In this document: positions 1 to 15,676 of the stretch, piece after piece
How the letters are laid out: each line of letters starts with the position of its first letter
Numbering within the stretch: the stretch's first letter is position 1
Source: Escherichia coli
GTDB taxonomy: Bacteria; Pseudomonadota; Gammaproteobacteria; Enterobacterales; Enterobacteriaceae
Assembly (NCBI RefSeq): GCF_003018115.1
Contig: NZ_CP027457.1
DNA: 64,000 bases
Reading direction: 5' to 3' (one strand)
Made by a program: the position numbers and the translations under genes
Notes under the pieces: model-generated
Seen by the model: only the letters and a program-made list of their open reading frames with translations
Database searches by the model: none
What the model was told of the DNA's origin: nothing

Positions 1-235
1 GGACCTCTTTTGAAGGGTATTCAATCCAGCTAAAGACAACCTCTTCATTCTCTTCCGCTTTCACCGCCATACGAAAATCGGTCACTTTGCCATCCGGTAC
101 ATCGCTGGCCCAGCATTCGACAATACGAAGCGCGCCAAACTCTTTAAACAATGGCGCAGCCTTAGCGGCCATTTCCCGATAGGCATCCTTTTTATCGGCA
201 GGAACGGCAACCACAAAACCATCAACATACTTCAT
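1..235 (-). CDS. ybaA: DUF1428-family protein YbaA, C-terminally truncated by window edge
   Basis: Reverse-strand translation from ATG (complement of 233..235) reads [42 protein letters not shown]..., which I recognise as YbaA; the ORF runs off the window start. Confidence 0.8.
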   Translation of the reverse strand, partial: MKYVDGFVVAVPADKKDAYREMAAKAAPLFKEFGALRIVECWASDVPDGKVTDFRMAVKAEENEEVVFSWIEYPSKEV

Positions 236-345
236 CAGACATACCTCCGAAGCGTACTGCGCAGCCAGACAATTCTTGCGACGTCAGTTGTGGTTAAAGT
301 TTAGCCATGTTGGGGTTTTTTGACGAAACGGTGGGAGGCAGAAAT

Positions 346-459
346 GGGTGGGGGCCCTGCCAGCTACATCCCGGCACACGCGTCATCTGCCTTGGCTGCT
401 TCCTTCCGGACCTGACCTGGTAAACAGAGTAGCGTTGCGGGAGAACCAACAGAGCCCCC
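346..459 (-). ncRNA. ffs: 4.5S RNA (signal recognition particle RNA)
   Basis: The reverse complement of 346..459 matches the 114-nt E. coli 4.5S RNA as I recall it (GGGGGCUCUGUUGGUUCUCCCGCAACGC...GGCAGGGCCCCCACCC), including the conserved GGAA tetraloop region. The six-frame ORFs 294..632 and 383..565 are explained by this RNA gene. Confidence 0.95.
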
Positions 460-535
460 ATTGAGAGCGTTGAGAACCAACGCGCAGGCGCATTATCACT
501 GCTGCCCCGGCTAATTGCAACCCATCGCGTGCCAG

Positions 536-925
536 ATGCTGGTTTCTTGCGCAATGCGACTTCACTCGGGCGTTTTTCCAGATTATGCTGAAAAATTACC
601 TCAGGAAGAAAAGATGGAAAAAGAAGATTCATTTCCCCAACGCGTCTGGCAAATCGTCGCCGCTATTCCCGAAGGCTATGTCACCACTTACGGTGATGTG
701 GCGAAACTGGCGGGATCGCCCCGCGCCGCGCGCCAGGTGGGCGGTGTGTTAAAGCGTCTCCCTGAAGGCAGCACCTTACCCTGGCACCGGGTGGTTAATC
801 GCCACGGCACAATTTCGCTAACCGGACCGGATTTACAGCGTCAGCGACAGGCATTACTGGCAGAAGGTGTGATGGTATCGGGAAGCGGGCAAATCGACTT
901 GCAGCGTTATCGCTGGAACTACTAA
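536..925 (+). CDS. atl: alkyltransferase-like DNA repair protein (Atl/YbaZ)
   Basis: Internal Met of ORF 515..925 gives a 129-aa protein MLVSCAMRLHSGVFPDYAEKL... matching K-12 Atl; position after ffs fits K-12 synteny. Confidence 0.85.
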   Translation: MLVSCAMRLHSGVFPDYAEKLPQEEKMEKEDSFPQRVWQIVAAIPEGYVTTYGDVAKLAGSPRAARQVGGVLKRLPEGSTLPWHRVVNRHGTISLTGPDLQRQRQALLAEGVMVSGSGQIDLQRYRWNY

Positions 926-955
926 CCCTCTCCGGGCGGAGAGGGTTAACGTCGC

Positions 956-1528
956 TTAATATTGCGTAGGAGCTGGAACTGCCGAAGACGGATTCACCTG
1001 AGTTGGTGAAGTCGAAGGTACGGTAGTCGTTGCACCACCGCTGGCCTGAACCGGCACGGCGGTTTGCTGCACCGGCACCAATGTCAGGTCGGCTTTAGTT
1101 CCGCCCTTGTTGATCACCGGCTGAACGGTATCGGTAATAAATACCAGTTTGTCATTCACGGTAATCGCCGCACTCAACAGAATACGCGCGTTCGGCTGAA
1201 CATCTGCCGGATTAAATGGCAGAACAAAGCTGAATGGTGACTGTTTACCTTCGGTACGCACCGCTTTCTGCGCCAGCACTTTTGACGGTGCATCGGCTAA
1301 CGACGCGTCAGAAAGTGTCACGGTCAGCACAGCATCAGGCGGCAGTGCGACTTTCTGCCGGATCCAGACGGTACCGGAGACATTCGGTTGCTGGATAGCA
1401 GGTTGTTGTGTTGCTGAAATAGACGTATTTGCAGCCGGGGCTGGCGTCTGAATATCCGCGCTTTTATCTGCGCAAGCCGCCAACGCAATCGCAACCGCTA
1501 AACCACTGGCCATGTGCACGAGTTTCAT
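956..1528 (-). CDS. ybaY: outer-membrane lipoprotein YbaY
   Basis: 190-aa ORF with signal peptide and lipobox (LAACADK); Pro/Thr/Ala-rich tail; synteny next to tesB. Confidence 0.9.
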   Translation of the reverse strand: MKLVHMASGLAVAIALAACADKSADIQTPAPAANTSISATQQPAIQQPNVSGTVWIRQKVALPPDAVLTVTLSDASLADAPSKVLAQKAVRTEGKQSPFSFVLPFNPADVQPNARILLSAAITVNDKLVFITDTVQPVINKGGTKADLTLVPVQQTAVPVQASGGATTTVPSTSPTQVNPSSAVPAPTQY

Positions 1529-1745
1529 TCATTTCTCCTTATTATCAATGCACCAGCGGGCTAACTTTCCTCGCCGGAAGAGTGGTTAACAAAATAGTAA
1601 CGTCAACAAGTGTGGCACACATCACGCATTTCTGCCTGTAATAAGCCCGTAATTCAGACCATTGCACCCATCGGACCAGTAGCAAATTTGCGTTATACTC
1701 AACTCACTTTGGCTTGCTGCGGCAGCTTTGTTACTGGAGAGTTAT

Positions 1746-2606
1746 ATGAGTCAGGCGCTAAAAAATTTACTGACATTGTTAAATCTGGAAAAAATTGAGG
1801 AAGGACTCTTTCGCGGCCAGAGTGAAGATTTAGGTTTACGCCAGGTGTTTGGCGGCCAGGTCGTGGGTCAGGCCTTGTATGCTGCAAAAGACACCGTCCC
1901 TGAAGAGCGGCTGATACATTCGTTTCACAGCTACTTTCTTCGCCCTGGCGATAGTAAGAAGCCGATTATTTATGATGTCGAAACGCTGCGTGACGGTAAC
2001 AGCTTCAGCGCCCGCCGGGTTGCTGCTATTCAAAACGGCAAACCGATTTTTTATATGACGGCCTCTTTCCAGGCACCAGAAGCGGGTTTCGAACATCAAA
2101 AAACAATGCCGTCCGCGCCAGCGCCTGATGGCCTGCCTTCGGAAACGCAAATCGCCCAATCGCTGGCGCACCTGCTGCCGCCAGTGCTTAAAGATAAATT
2201 CATCTGCGATCGTCCGCTGGAAGTCCGTCCGGTGGAGTTTCATAACCCACTGAAAGGTCACGTCGCAGAACCACATCGTCAGGTGTGGATCCGCGCAAAT
2301 GGTAGCGTGCCGGATGACCTGCGCGTTCATCAGTATCTGCTCGGTTACGCTTCTGATCTTAACTTCCTGCCGGTAGCTCTACAGCCGCACGGCATCGGTT
2401 TTCTCGAACCGGGGATTCAGATTGCCACCATTGACCATTCCATGTGGTTCCATCGCCCGTTTAATTTGAATGAATGGCTGCTGTATAGCGTGGAGAGCAC
2501 CTCGGCGTCCAGCGCACGTGGCTTTGTGCGCGGTGAGTTTTATACCCAGGACGGCGTACTGGTTGCCTCGACCGTTCAGGAAGGGGTGATGCGTAATCAC
2601 AATTAA
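1746..2606 (+). CDS. tesB: acyl-CoA thioesterase II
   Basis: 286-aa protein from internal Met [24 protein letters not shown]... recognised as TesB; the ORF-track start 1728 is an upstream in-frame ATG. Confidence 0.95.
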   Translation: MSQALKNLLTLLNLEKIEEGLFRGQSEDLGLRQVFGGQVVGQALYAAKDTVPEERLIHSFHSYFLRPGDSKKPIIYDVETLRDGNSFSARRVAAIQNGKPIFYMTASFQAPEAGFEHQKTMPSAPAPDGLPSETQIAQSLAHLLPPVLKDKFICDRPLEVRPVEFHNPLKGHVAEPHRQVWIRANGSVPDDLRVHQYLLGYASDLNFLPVALQPHGIGFLEPGIQIATIDHSMWFHRPFNLNEWLLYSVESTSASSARGFVRGEFYTQDGVLVASTVQEGVMRNHN

Positions 2607-2644
2607 AAAAATAGCCGGAGGTGAAAACCGTCCGGCTGTTTTTT
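2604..2644. terminator. bidirectional rho-independent terminator between convergent tesB and amtB
   Basis: A-run (2604..2610), perfect 7-bp stem agccgga/tccggct with 11-nt loop (2613..2637), then T-run (2638..2644). Confidence 0.65.
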
Positions 2645-2654
2645 GCAGTGCTTG

Positions 2655-3941
2655 TTACGCGTTATAGGCATTCTCGCCGTGACTGTTGACATCCAGCCCT
2701 TCTCGCTCCTGCTCTTCCGGTACACGCAGACCAACCGTCAGATCCGCCAGTTTGTAGCCAATAAATGCCACCACACCGGACCAGACGATCGTAATGGCGA
2801 TGCTTTCCAGCTGTACCAGCAACTGATGGCCCATCGTCACACCTTCAGCGAAGCCCACGCCACCCAGCGAACTGGCGGCAAAAATCCCAGTCATGATACA
2901 GCCGACAATGCCACAAACGCCGTGCACACCGAAGACATCGCAGGGATCATCCACCCGCAGCAAGCGTTTGAGCATAGTAACGCCCCACAAGCCCGCCAGA
3001 CCAGCTACCACGCCGATAATCAACGCGCCGCCAACCCCAATGTAGCCACACGCTGGCGTCACGCCGACCAGACCGGCAATCGCGCCAGAACACGCTCCAA
3101 GCAGAGAAGGCTTACCACGCAGCGCCCATTCACCGAAGATCCAGCCAAGAATTGCCGCCGCCGTTGCGACCACAGTATTCACAAATGCCAGTGCCGCGAT
3201 TTCATTCGCCGTGCCCGCTGACCCGGCGTTAAAGCCAAACCAACCAATATAGAGAATGGCAGTACCGGTGAAGACCATTGGCAGGTTGTGCGGTTTAAAC
3301 GCCTCTTTGCCGAAGCCCACGCGTTTGCCTATCAGATACGCGCCCACCAGACCGGCGATTGCGGCGTTAATATGCACCACCGTGCCACCCGCGAAATCCA
3401 GCGCACCGTGAGAAGCCAGCAAACCACCGCCCCACACCATATGCGCAATCGGAATGTAAGAGAGCGTCAGCCATACCACCACGAAAATCAACACAGCTGA
3501 GAAGCGGATTCGTTCCGCCAGCGCCCCAACGATCAAGCCGACGGTAATGCAGGCAAACGAGCCCTGAAACGCCACGTGGATATACTGATAAATGCTGCCC
3601 ATCACCGCCGTCAGTTCGATGTTTTTTAGCATCAACCAGTTAATGTTGCCGAAGAAGTTGTTGCCCTCACCAAACGCCAGCGAGTAACCGTAAACCACCC
3701 AGAGAATACAGACCAGTGCAAACGTCACCGTCACCTGCGTCAGCATCGACAGCACGTTTTTGCCGCGAATCAACCCACCGTAAAACAGGGCAATCCCCGG
3801 AATAGTCATAAACAGCACCAGCGCAGTACAAATCATCATAAACGCATTGTCGGCTTTATCGGCCACCGCAGGTGCAGCCATTACCAGTCCCGGCAGCATC
3901 GCCAGTGAAGCAAGCCCAGTTTTTATCGTCGCTATCTTCAT
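2655..3941 (-). CDS. amtB: ammonium transporter AmtB
   Basis: 428-aa ORF with signal peptide and multi-TM Amt-family sequence; immediately downstream of glnK as in the glnK-amtB operon. Confidence 0.95.
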   Translation of the reverse strand: MKIATIKTGLASLAMLPGLVMAAPAVADKADNAFMMICTALVLFMTIPGIALFYGGLIRGKNVLSMLTQVTVTFALVCILWVVYGYSLAFGEGNNFFGNINWLMLKNIELTAVMGSIYQYIHVAFQGSFACITVGLIVGALAERIRFSAVLIFVVVWLTLSYIPIAHMVWGGGLLASHGALDFAGGTVVHINAAIAGLVGAYLIGKRVGFGKEAFKPHNLPMVFTGTAILYIGWFGFNAGSAGTANEIAALAFVNTVVATAAAILGWIFGEWALRGKPSLLGACSGAIAGLVGVTPACGYIGVGGALIIGVVAGLAGLWGVTMLKRLLRVDDPCDVFGVHGVCGIVGCIMTGIFAASSLGGVGFAEGVTMGHQLLVQLESIAITIVWSGVVAFIGYKLADLTVGLRVPEEQEREGLDVNSHGENAYNA

Positions 3942-3970
3942 TTTTCGTTCCTGTTGCTGTGTGCCAGAGA

Positions 3971-4309
3971 TTACAGCGCCGCTTCGTCGGCTTCGCCGGT
4001 ACGAATACGAATGACGCGTTGCAATTCAGCGACGAAGATTTTGCCGTCGCCAATTTTTCCGGTGTAAGCCGCCTTACTGACGATATCGATCACTTCATCG
4101 AGTTGGTCATCAGCAATCGCCACATCAATTTTTACTTTTGGCAGGAAGTTGACGCTGTATTCCGCCCCCCGGTACAGCTCGGCATGCCCTTTCTGACGCC
4201 CGAAACCTTTCACTTCGGTGACGGTCAGGCCCTGAATACCAATGGAAGATAACGCTTCACGAACGTCTTCCAGCTTGAATGGTTTGATTATCACGGTCAC
4301 CAGCTTCAT
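3971..4309 (-). CDS. glnK: PII nitrogen regulatory protein GlnK
   Basis: Internal Met of ORF 3971..4447 gives the 112-aa MKLVTVIIKPFKLEDVREAL...RTGEADEAAL, the PII family signature. Confidence 0.95.
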   Translation of the reverse strand: MKLVTVIIKPFKLEDVREALSSIGIQGLTVTEVKGFGRQKGHAELYRGAEYSVNFLPKVKIDVAIADDQLDEVIDIVSKAAYTGKIGDGKIFVAELQRVIRIRTGEADEAAL

Positions 4310-4360
4310 AGATCCCCTCCGGTCAGAATTCGGTAATGGTTCTGCTACACGAAGAAGGTA

Positions 4361-4377
4361 TTGCAAGCGGTGTGCCA
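4361..4377 (-). promoter_or_regulatory. sigma-54 (RpoN) promoter of glnK-amtB
   Basis: Reverse complement reads TGGCAC-accgc-TTGCA, an exact match to the -24/-12 sigma-54 consensus TGGCAC-N5-TTGCA, about 50 nt upstream of the glnK ATG. Confidence 0.7.
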
Positions 4378-4489
4378 GAAATGAAAAACGAGAAAGAGAG
4401 CAGGAAGTTAAGAAGATTGAAAATGAAAACGCACTATGACAGTGCACAGTGCGTTACATTTTTGCACCAACGATGAAATATTGCGCTAT

Positions 4490-8036
<3,547 letters not shown>

Positions 8037-8065
8037 GCGTTGTGTCCTGACCTGATTCTGGATAT

Positions 8066-8524
8066 TTATTCGATGGGTAAAGAAGTGGTGTATTTAATCT
8101 GTTCCATCGCGAAGCTGGAAGTGACGTCCGACAGCCCCGGCACGCTGTTTACCAGACGCTTATAAAACTCGTCGTAGCGTTTCATGTCGGCAACCTGGAC
8201 GCGCATCAGATAATCGTATTCACCGGCCATGCGCCAGAACCCCAGCACTTCTGGCATTTCGGTAACCACCGTGACAAAGCGGCAATACCATTCGCTGCTG
8301 TGATGTTGCGTTTTTATCAGCACAAAGGCGGTCAGGCCGAGGCCTATTTTTTCCGGATCCAGCAGGGCGACTTTGCCGATAAGGATACCGTCGTCCTCCA
8401 GCCGTTTCAGGCGCTTCCAGCAAGGGGTGGTTGTCAGATTAACGGCTTCAGCCAGTGCCTGCAAAGAGAGGGTGCAATCCTGCTGCAGTAAGGCCAGCAG
8501 CTTACGGTCAATTTTATCTAACAT
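8066..8524 (-). CDS. decR: Lrp/AsnC-family transcriptional regulator (YbaO/DecR)
   Basis: 152-aa protein from internal Met [48 protein letters not shown]...; Lrp/AsnC helix-turn-helix plus RAM domain. Confidence 0.85.
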
Positions 8525-8676
8525 AGCCCTTCCACAGAGAATTTTTTTCTCTTTTAATTCTATTTTAAAGGTGAAATCGCGACAATTTATTCTGTGCGGT
8601 TTAAACACCACGGCACAAAATGACAAATTCAACGCAAAAAAAACCGGGCAATTGCCCGGTGCTGGAAGGGATCTCG

Positions 8677-9495
8677 TTATTCGGGGGAATAAGGTAGATG
8701 TGGATAGTCCAGCCAGTGCGTCAAATAGTGAGAGACAGCCTGATTTCGACAATGTCCAATCACCGGTAAATGCGGGAGCTCCGCGCGTAGTTGCGGCATC
8801 GCATTGCCCATAATAAATCCGCTACCGACGCTGCCTAACATTTCGCGATCGTTCATCGCATCACCAAAGGCCATGCAATCGCGCAACGATAAACCTAAAT
8901 GTTGGGTCAGCACCGTCAATGCAGCGCCTTTATTGCAGCCCACCGGCAGCACTTCGAGGCAATCCGTGGCGGAAAAACACAAATGTGCACGCTCGCCTAA
9001 TGCTTCGTATAGCTGGATCTGCAAGCGTGTAAGATCGTCGTGATCGCCACAGAAGCAGATCTTGGTGACGCTGCCGAGTGGCATTTTTTTGACATCGATT
9101 ATCTGATAACGAAAACCGCTATAGACAAATGCCTGCAACAACGCAGGGATCTCTTTCCCGGTAAACCAACCGTCGTCATTGAAGATATGCATGCTGGCTC
9201 GGGTATCCCATTGCTGATACAGCACCAGCTCCGCGACATCCGCAGGTAAATCATCACGATGTAAAAGTTCACCTTCCAGAGAATGCACGCGCGTTCCGTT
9301 GCCGGTAATCAAATATGCATCCAGCGATAGCGCCCCGAGAATATGCTGCATCTCCAGCGCATGACGCCCCGTGGCAAAAGTGAGGGTAATGTCGCGTTCA
9401 CGCAGTCGCGCCAAAGTAGAGAGGGTTTTCTCACCTAAATGATGGTCAGGCATCAATAAAGTTCCATCCATATCAAATGCTGCCAGACGAGCCAT
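8677..9495 (-). CDS. cof: HAD-superfamily phosphatase Cof (HMP-PP phosphatase)
   Basis: 272-aa protein from [14 protein letters not shown] (HAD motif I DxDGT); synteny. Confidence 0.9.
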
Positions 9496-9594
9496 TTCTT
9501 TCTCCACTCTGTGACACGGTTAATGGTGATTGAGTATCACCTGATATATACGGAAGTAATAGTGAATAGTTAAATAATATTGTTCCGGGTTTAT

Positions 9595-11295
9595 ATGCGA
9601 CTGCTCAACCGTCTTAACCAGTATCAACGTCTGTGGCAACCTTCAGCCGGAAAGCCGCAAACCGTCACCGTCAGCGAACTGGCCGAACGCTGTTTTTGCA
9701 GCGAACGCCATGTTCGTACGCTGTTGCGTCAGGCACAGGAGGCGGGATGGCTGGAGTGGCAGGCGCAGTCAGGACGCGGAAAGCGCGGACAACTACGCTT
9801 TCTGGTCACGCCAGAATCGCTACGCAATGCGATGATGGAACAGGCACTGGAAACCGGAAAGCAGCAAGATGTGCTGGAGCTGGCGCAACTGGCCCCAGGT
9901 GAGCTGCGCACTCTGTTACAGCCGTTTATGGGCGGACAATGGCAAAACGATACGCCCACGTTGCGTATTCCCTACTATCGCCCGCTCGAACCGCTACAAC
10001 CGGGCTTTTTGCCCGGCCGTGCCGAGCAGCATCTCGCCGGACAGATATTTTCCGGCCTGACCCGCTTCGATAATAATACCCAGCGCCCGATTGGCGATTT
10101 AGCGCATCACTGGGAAACCTCTGCTGACGGGTTACGCTGGGACTTTTATCTTCGTTCAACCCTACACTGGCATAACGGCGATGCAGTAAAAGCCTCACAC
10201 TTACACCAGCGATTATTGATGCTGTTACAACTGCCAGCACTGGATCAATTATTTATTAGCGTGAAGCGTATTGAGGTCACCCATCCGCAGTGTCTGACCT
10301 TCTTTTTACATCGCCCTGATTACTGGCTTGCGCACCGGCTGGCGAGCTATTGCAGCCATCTGGCGCATCCGCAATTCCCACTGATCGGCACGGGTCCTTT
10401 TCGCTTAACACAATTCACAGCGGAGCTGGTGCGCCTGGAAAGCCATGATTATTACCATTTACGTCATCCGCTGCTTAAAGCGGTTGAGTACTGGATAACT
10501 CCGCCGCTTTTCGAAAAAGATTTGGGAACCAGTTGTCGGCATCCCGTGCAAATCACCATCGGCAAACCGGAGGAGCTGCAACGGGTCAGCCAGGTCAGTA
10601 GTGGCATCAGTTTAGGTTTTTGCTATTTAACGTTGCGCAAAAGTCCCCAACTCTCCCTCTGGCAGGCGCGAAAAGTAATCTCCATTATTCATCAATCCGG
10701 TTTATTACAAACGTTAGAAGTCGGAGAAAACCTGATCACCGCCAGTCATGCATTACTGCCAGGCTGGACTATTCCGCATTGGCAAGTACCGGATGAAGTC
10801 AAACTACCGAAAACCTTGACGCTGGTTTATCACCTACCGATAGAACTTCATACCATGGCAGAACGCCTACAGGCGACACTGGCAGCGGAAGGCTGTGAAC
10901 TCACAATTATTTTTCATAACGCAAAAAACTGGGACGACACGACCCTACTGGCACACGCAGACCTCATGATGGGCGACAGATTAATTGGCGAAGCACCGGA
11001 ATATACTCTGGAGCAATGGCTACGTTGCGATCCACTGTGGCCACATGTTTTCGACGCTCCAGCATATGCCCATTTGCAATCGACACTGGACGCGGTGCAA
11101 GTAATGCCTGATGAGGAAAACCGATTTAATGCCCTGAAAGCGGTTTTTAGCCAGTTAATGGCAGACGCGACGCTGACGCCGCTATTCAACTATCACTATC
11201 GCATTAGTGCCCCTCCCGGCGTGAACGGTGTGCGACTGACACCGCGCGGCTGGTTTGAATTTACCGAAGCCTGGCTTCCCGCGCCGTCGCAATGA
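9595..11295 (+). CDS. ybaE: uncharacterised protein YbaE (solute-binding-protein-like)
   Basis: Long ORF divergent from cof as in K-12; start chosen at the MRLLNRLNQYQ Met (recalled K-12 start), ORF-track start is 9580. Confidence 0.8.
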   Translation: MRLLNRLNQYQRLWQPSAGKPQTVTVSELAERCFCSERHVRTLLRQAQEAGWLEWQAQSGRGKRGQLRFLVTPESLRNAMMEQALETGKQQDVLELAQLAPGELRTLLQPFMGGQWQNDTPTLRIPYYRPLEPLQPGFLPGRAEQHLAGQIFSGLTRFDNNTQRPIGDLAHHWETSADGLRWDFYLRSTLHWHNGDAVKASHLHQRLLMLLQLPALDQLFISVKRIEVTHPQCLTFFLHRPDYWLAHRLASYCSHLAHPQFPLIGTGPFRLTQFTAELVRLESHDYYHLRHPLLKAVEYWITPPLFEKDLGTSCRHPVQITIGKPEELQRVSQVSSGISLGFCYLTLRKSPQLSLWQARKVISIIHQSGLLQTLEVGENLITASHALLPGWTIPHWQVPDEVKLPKTLTLVYHLPIELHTMAERLQATLAAEGCELTIIFHNAKNWDDTTLLAHADLMMGDRLIGEAPEYTLEQWLRCDPLWPHVFDAPAYAHLQSTLDAVQVMPDEENRFNALKAVFSQLMADATLTPLFNYHYRISAPPGVNGVRLTPRGWFEFTEAWLPAPSQ

Positions 11296-11359
11296 ATAGC
11301 TGGTCCGGGTTAATCGCAGGCGTTACCATAACGCTTTTATTGTTCAAGCAGGATTATCT

Positions 11360-12055
11360 ATGAAACGTGCTGTCGTTGTGTTCAGTGGAGGCCAGGATTC
11401 CACCACCTGTCTGGTGCAGGCATTACAACAATATGATGAAGTCCATTGCGTGACGTTCGATTACGGTCAGCGCCATCGCGCAGAAATCGACGTGGCACGC
11501 GAACTGGCGCTGAAACTGGGGGCACGCGCGCATAAGGTTCTTGATGTAACGCTGCTCAACGAGCTGGCGGTCAGCAGCCTGACGCGTGACAGCATTCCGG
11601 TGCCTGATTATGAACCTGAAGCCGATGGCATCCCGAATACGTTTGTCCCAGGGCGTAATATTTTGTTCCTGACGCTGGCGGCAATATATGCGTATCAGGT
11701 AAAAGCAGAAGCCGTAATTACCGGCGTCTGCGAAACGGATTTCTCCGGCTACCCGGATTGCCGCGATGAGTTTGTGAAAGCACTAAACCATGCCGTCAGT
11801 TTGGGCATGGCGAAAGATATTCGTTTTGAAACGCCGCTGATGTGGATTGATAAAGCGGAAACCTGGGCGCTGGCAGATTATTACGGCAAACTGGATTTAG
11901 TCCGTAACGAAACGTTGACCTGCTATAACGGCATTAAAGGCGACGGTTGCGGTCATTGTGCGGCATGTAATTTACGCGCCAACGGTTTGAATCATTATCT
12001 GGCCGATAAACCGACGGTGATGGCAGCGATGAAGCAGAAAACCGGGTTGAAGTAA
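11360..12055 (+). CDS. queC: 7-cyano-7-deazaguanine synthase QueC
   Basis: 231-aa [21 protein letters not shown] (PP-loop SGGxDS) with C-terminal Cys cluster CGHCAAC. Confidence 0.95.
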   Translation: MKRAVVVFSGGQDSTTCLVQALQQYDEVHCVTFDYGQRHRAEIDVARELALKLGARAHKVLDVTLLNELAVSSLTRDSIPVPDYEPEADGIPNTFVPGRNILFLTLAAIYAYQVKAEAVITGVCETDFSGYPDCRDEFVKALNHAVSLGMAKDIRFETPLMWIDKAETWALADYYGKLDLVRNETLTCYNGIKGDGCGHCAACNLRANGLNHYLADKPTVMAAMKQKTGLK

Positions 12056-12069
12056 TTATTCCGGGTGTC

Positions 12070-12094
12070 GCCGGATGCGGCTTGAGCATCCGGC
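12070..12094. repeat. REP-like palindrome between queC and fadM
   Basis: gccggatgc-ggcttga-gcatccggc: perfect 9-bp arms, no adjacent U-run. Confidence 0.5.
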
Positions 12095-12106
12095 ACCACA
12101 AAACGT

Positions 12107-12505
12107 TTACTTAACCATCTGCTCCAGCTTTTCGCGCAATTCCCCTTCCAGAGCTAATGCTTTCTGCGTTTTAAGATCAATACAAACAAAGGTAATAAGC
12201 GCATCCGCTACTACCTGCCCTTCCGGCTCCAGTGTAATGACCTGGCTTAAGATGCCGCTTTTACCGTTTAATTGCTGTAACTGGCTCGTAATGGTTAACA
12301 AGTCGCTTAATACCGCCGGACGACGATAATTAATATTGATATTCACCACCACGAAAGCGATGTTATGGGCCGTCATCCAGTGAAAACTGTCGCTATTTTC
12401 CAACCCATCCCAGCGGGCTTCTTCGAGAAATTCAAGGTAGCGGGCGTTGTTTACGTGCTGGTAAACGTCGAGATGATATCCACGAACTTTGATTTGTGTT
12501 TGCAT
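12107..12505 (-). CDS. fadM: long-chain acyl-CoA thioesterase III FadM (YbaW)
   Basis: 132-aa ORF, hotdog thioesterase-like; synteny. Confidence 0.9.
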   Translation of the reverse strand: MQTQIKVRGYHLDVYQHVNNARYLEFLEEARWDGLENSDSFHWMTAHNIAFVVVNININYRRPAVLSDLLTITSQLQQLNGKSGILSQVITLEPEGQVVADALITFVCIDLKTQKALALEGELREKLEQMVK

Positions 12506-12558
12506 AGCGCAATAACCTTACGTTGTTTTTATAAAAACTGTTATAAGTACAGAGGTCA

Positions 12559-13025
<467 letters not shown>

Positions 13026-13026
13026 G

Positions 13027-15004
<1,978 letters not shown>

Positions 15005-15127
15005 GGTGTAACAACACTCCGCTGTAGATGACTGTGTACCTCACGCAACGTATCGATGCGCGCAAAGGCCTATTGTGACAAGAAACGGGGGCAATTGTCA
15101 GCCCACAAGACACAGAAAGTCACCGAA

Positions 15128-15160
15128 TACAAATAAAAAAGGCACATCAGTAGATGCGCC
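15128..15160 (-). terminator. rho-independent terminator of hupB
   Basis: On the minus-strand RNA: GC-rich 7-bp stem (gcgcauc/gaugugc, one G-U pair) followed by a U6 run. Confidence 0.55.
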
Positions 15161-15195
15161 CTTGAACTTCGTCACATCCCCACTGGGGACAACGC

Positions 15196-15468
15196 TTAGT
15201 TTACCGCGTCTTTCAGTGCTTTACCTGCACGGAAGCTCGGTACTTTAGCGGCAGCGATGGTGATCTCTTTACCGGTCTGCGGGTTGCGGCCAGTACGGGC
15301 AGCACGCTCTTTAACGGCAAAAGTACCAAAACCTACCAGTGCTACATCATCCCCTTCTTTCAGAGATTCAGTTACGGAAGCAATAATAGCATCTAACGCA
15401 CGGCCAGCCGCAGCTTTAGAGATATCAGCCCCTGCAGCAATCTTGTCGATCAATTGAGATTTATTCAC
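15196..15468 (-). CDS. hupB: nucleoid protein HU-beta
   Basis: 90-aa [43 protein letters not shown]..., canonical HU sequence. Confidence 0.97.
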
Positions 15469-15606
15469 TCTTCTCTTCCTCTTTATAATTTATATCGCAC
15501 TTGAATCCTTCAAGGTACGAACGCGCAGCAGTTATATCAGGCCAGCCATCCCCTTACAACACCCCTTAATAAGGGCAAGCCCGATCCGCCATCTAACTTA
15601 GCGAGA

Positions 15607-15655
15607 CAAAAAAAGGCTGGCAAGCCCGAATTAGCCTGCCAGCCCTGTTTTTATT
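15607..15655 (-). terminator. rho-independent terminator of lon
   Basis: aaaaaaa-ggctggcaag...cctgccagcc-ctgttttt: about 10-bp stem flanked by A and T runs (bidirectional form). Confidence 0.65.
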
Positions 15656-15676
15656 AGTGCATTTTGCGCGAGGTCA

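Noticed and set aside
294-632. 112-aa ORF (and nested 383..565) on the minus strand
   Set aside because: Overlaps the 4.5S RNA gene ffs; the open frame is explained by the structured RNA, not a protein.
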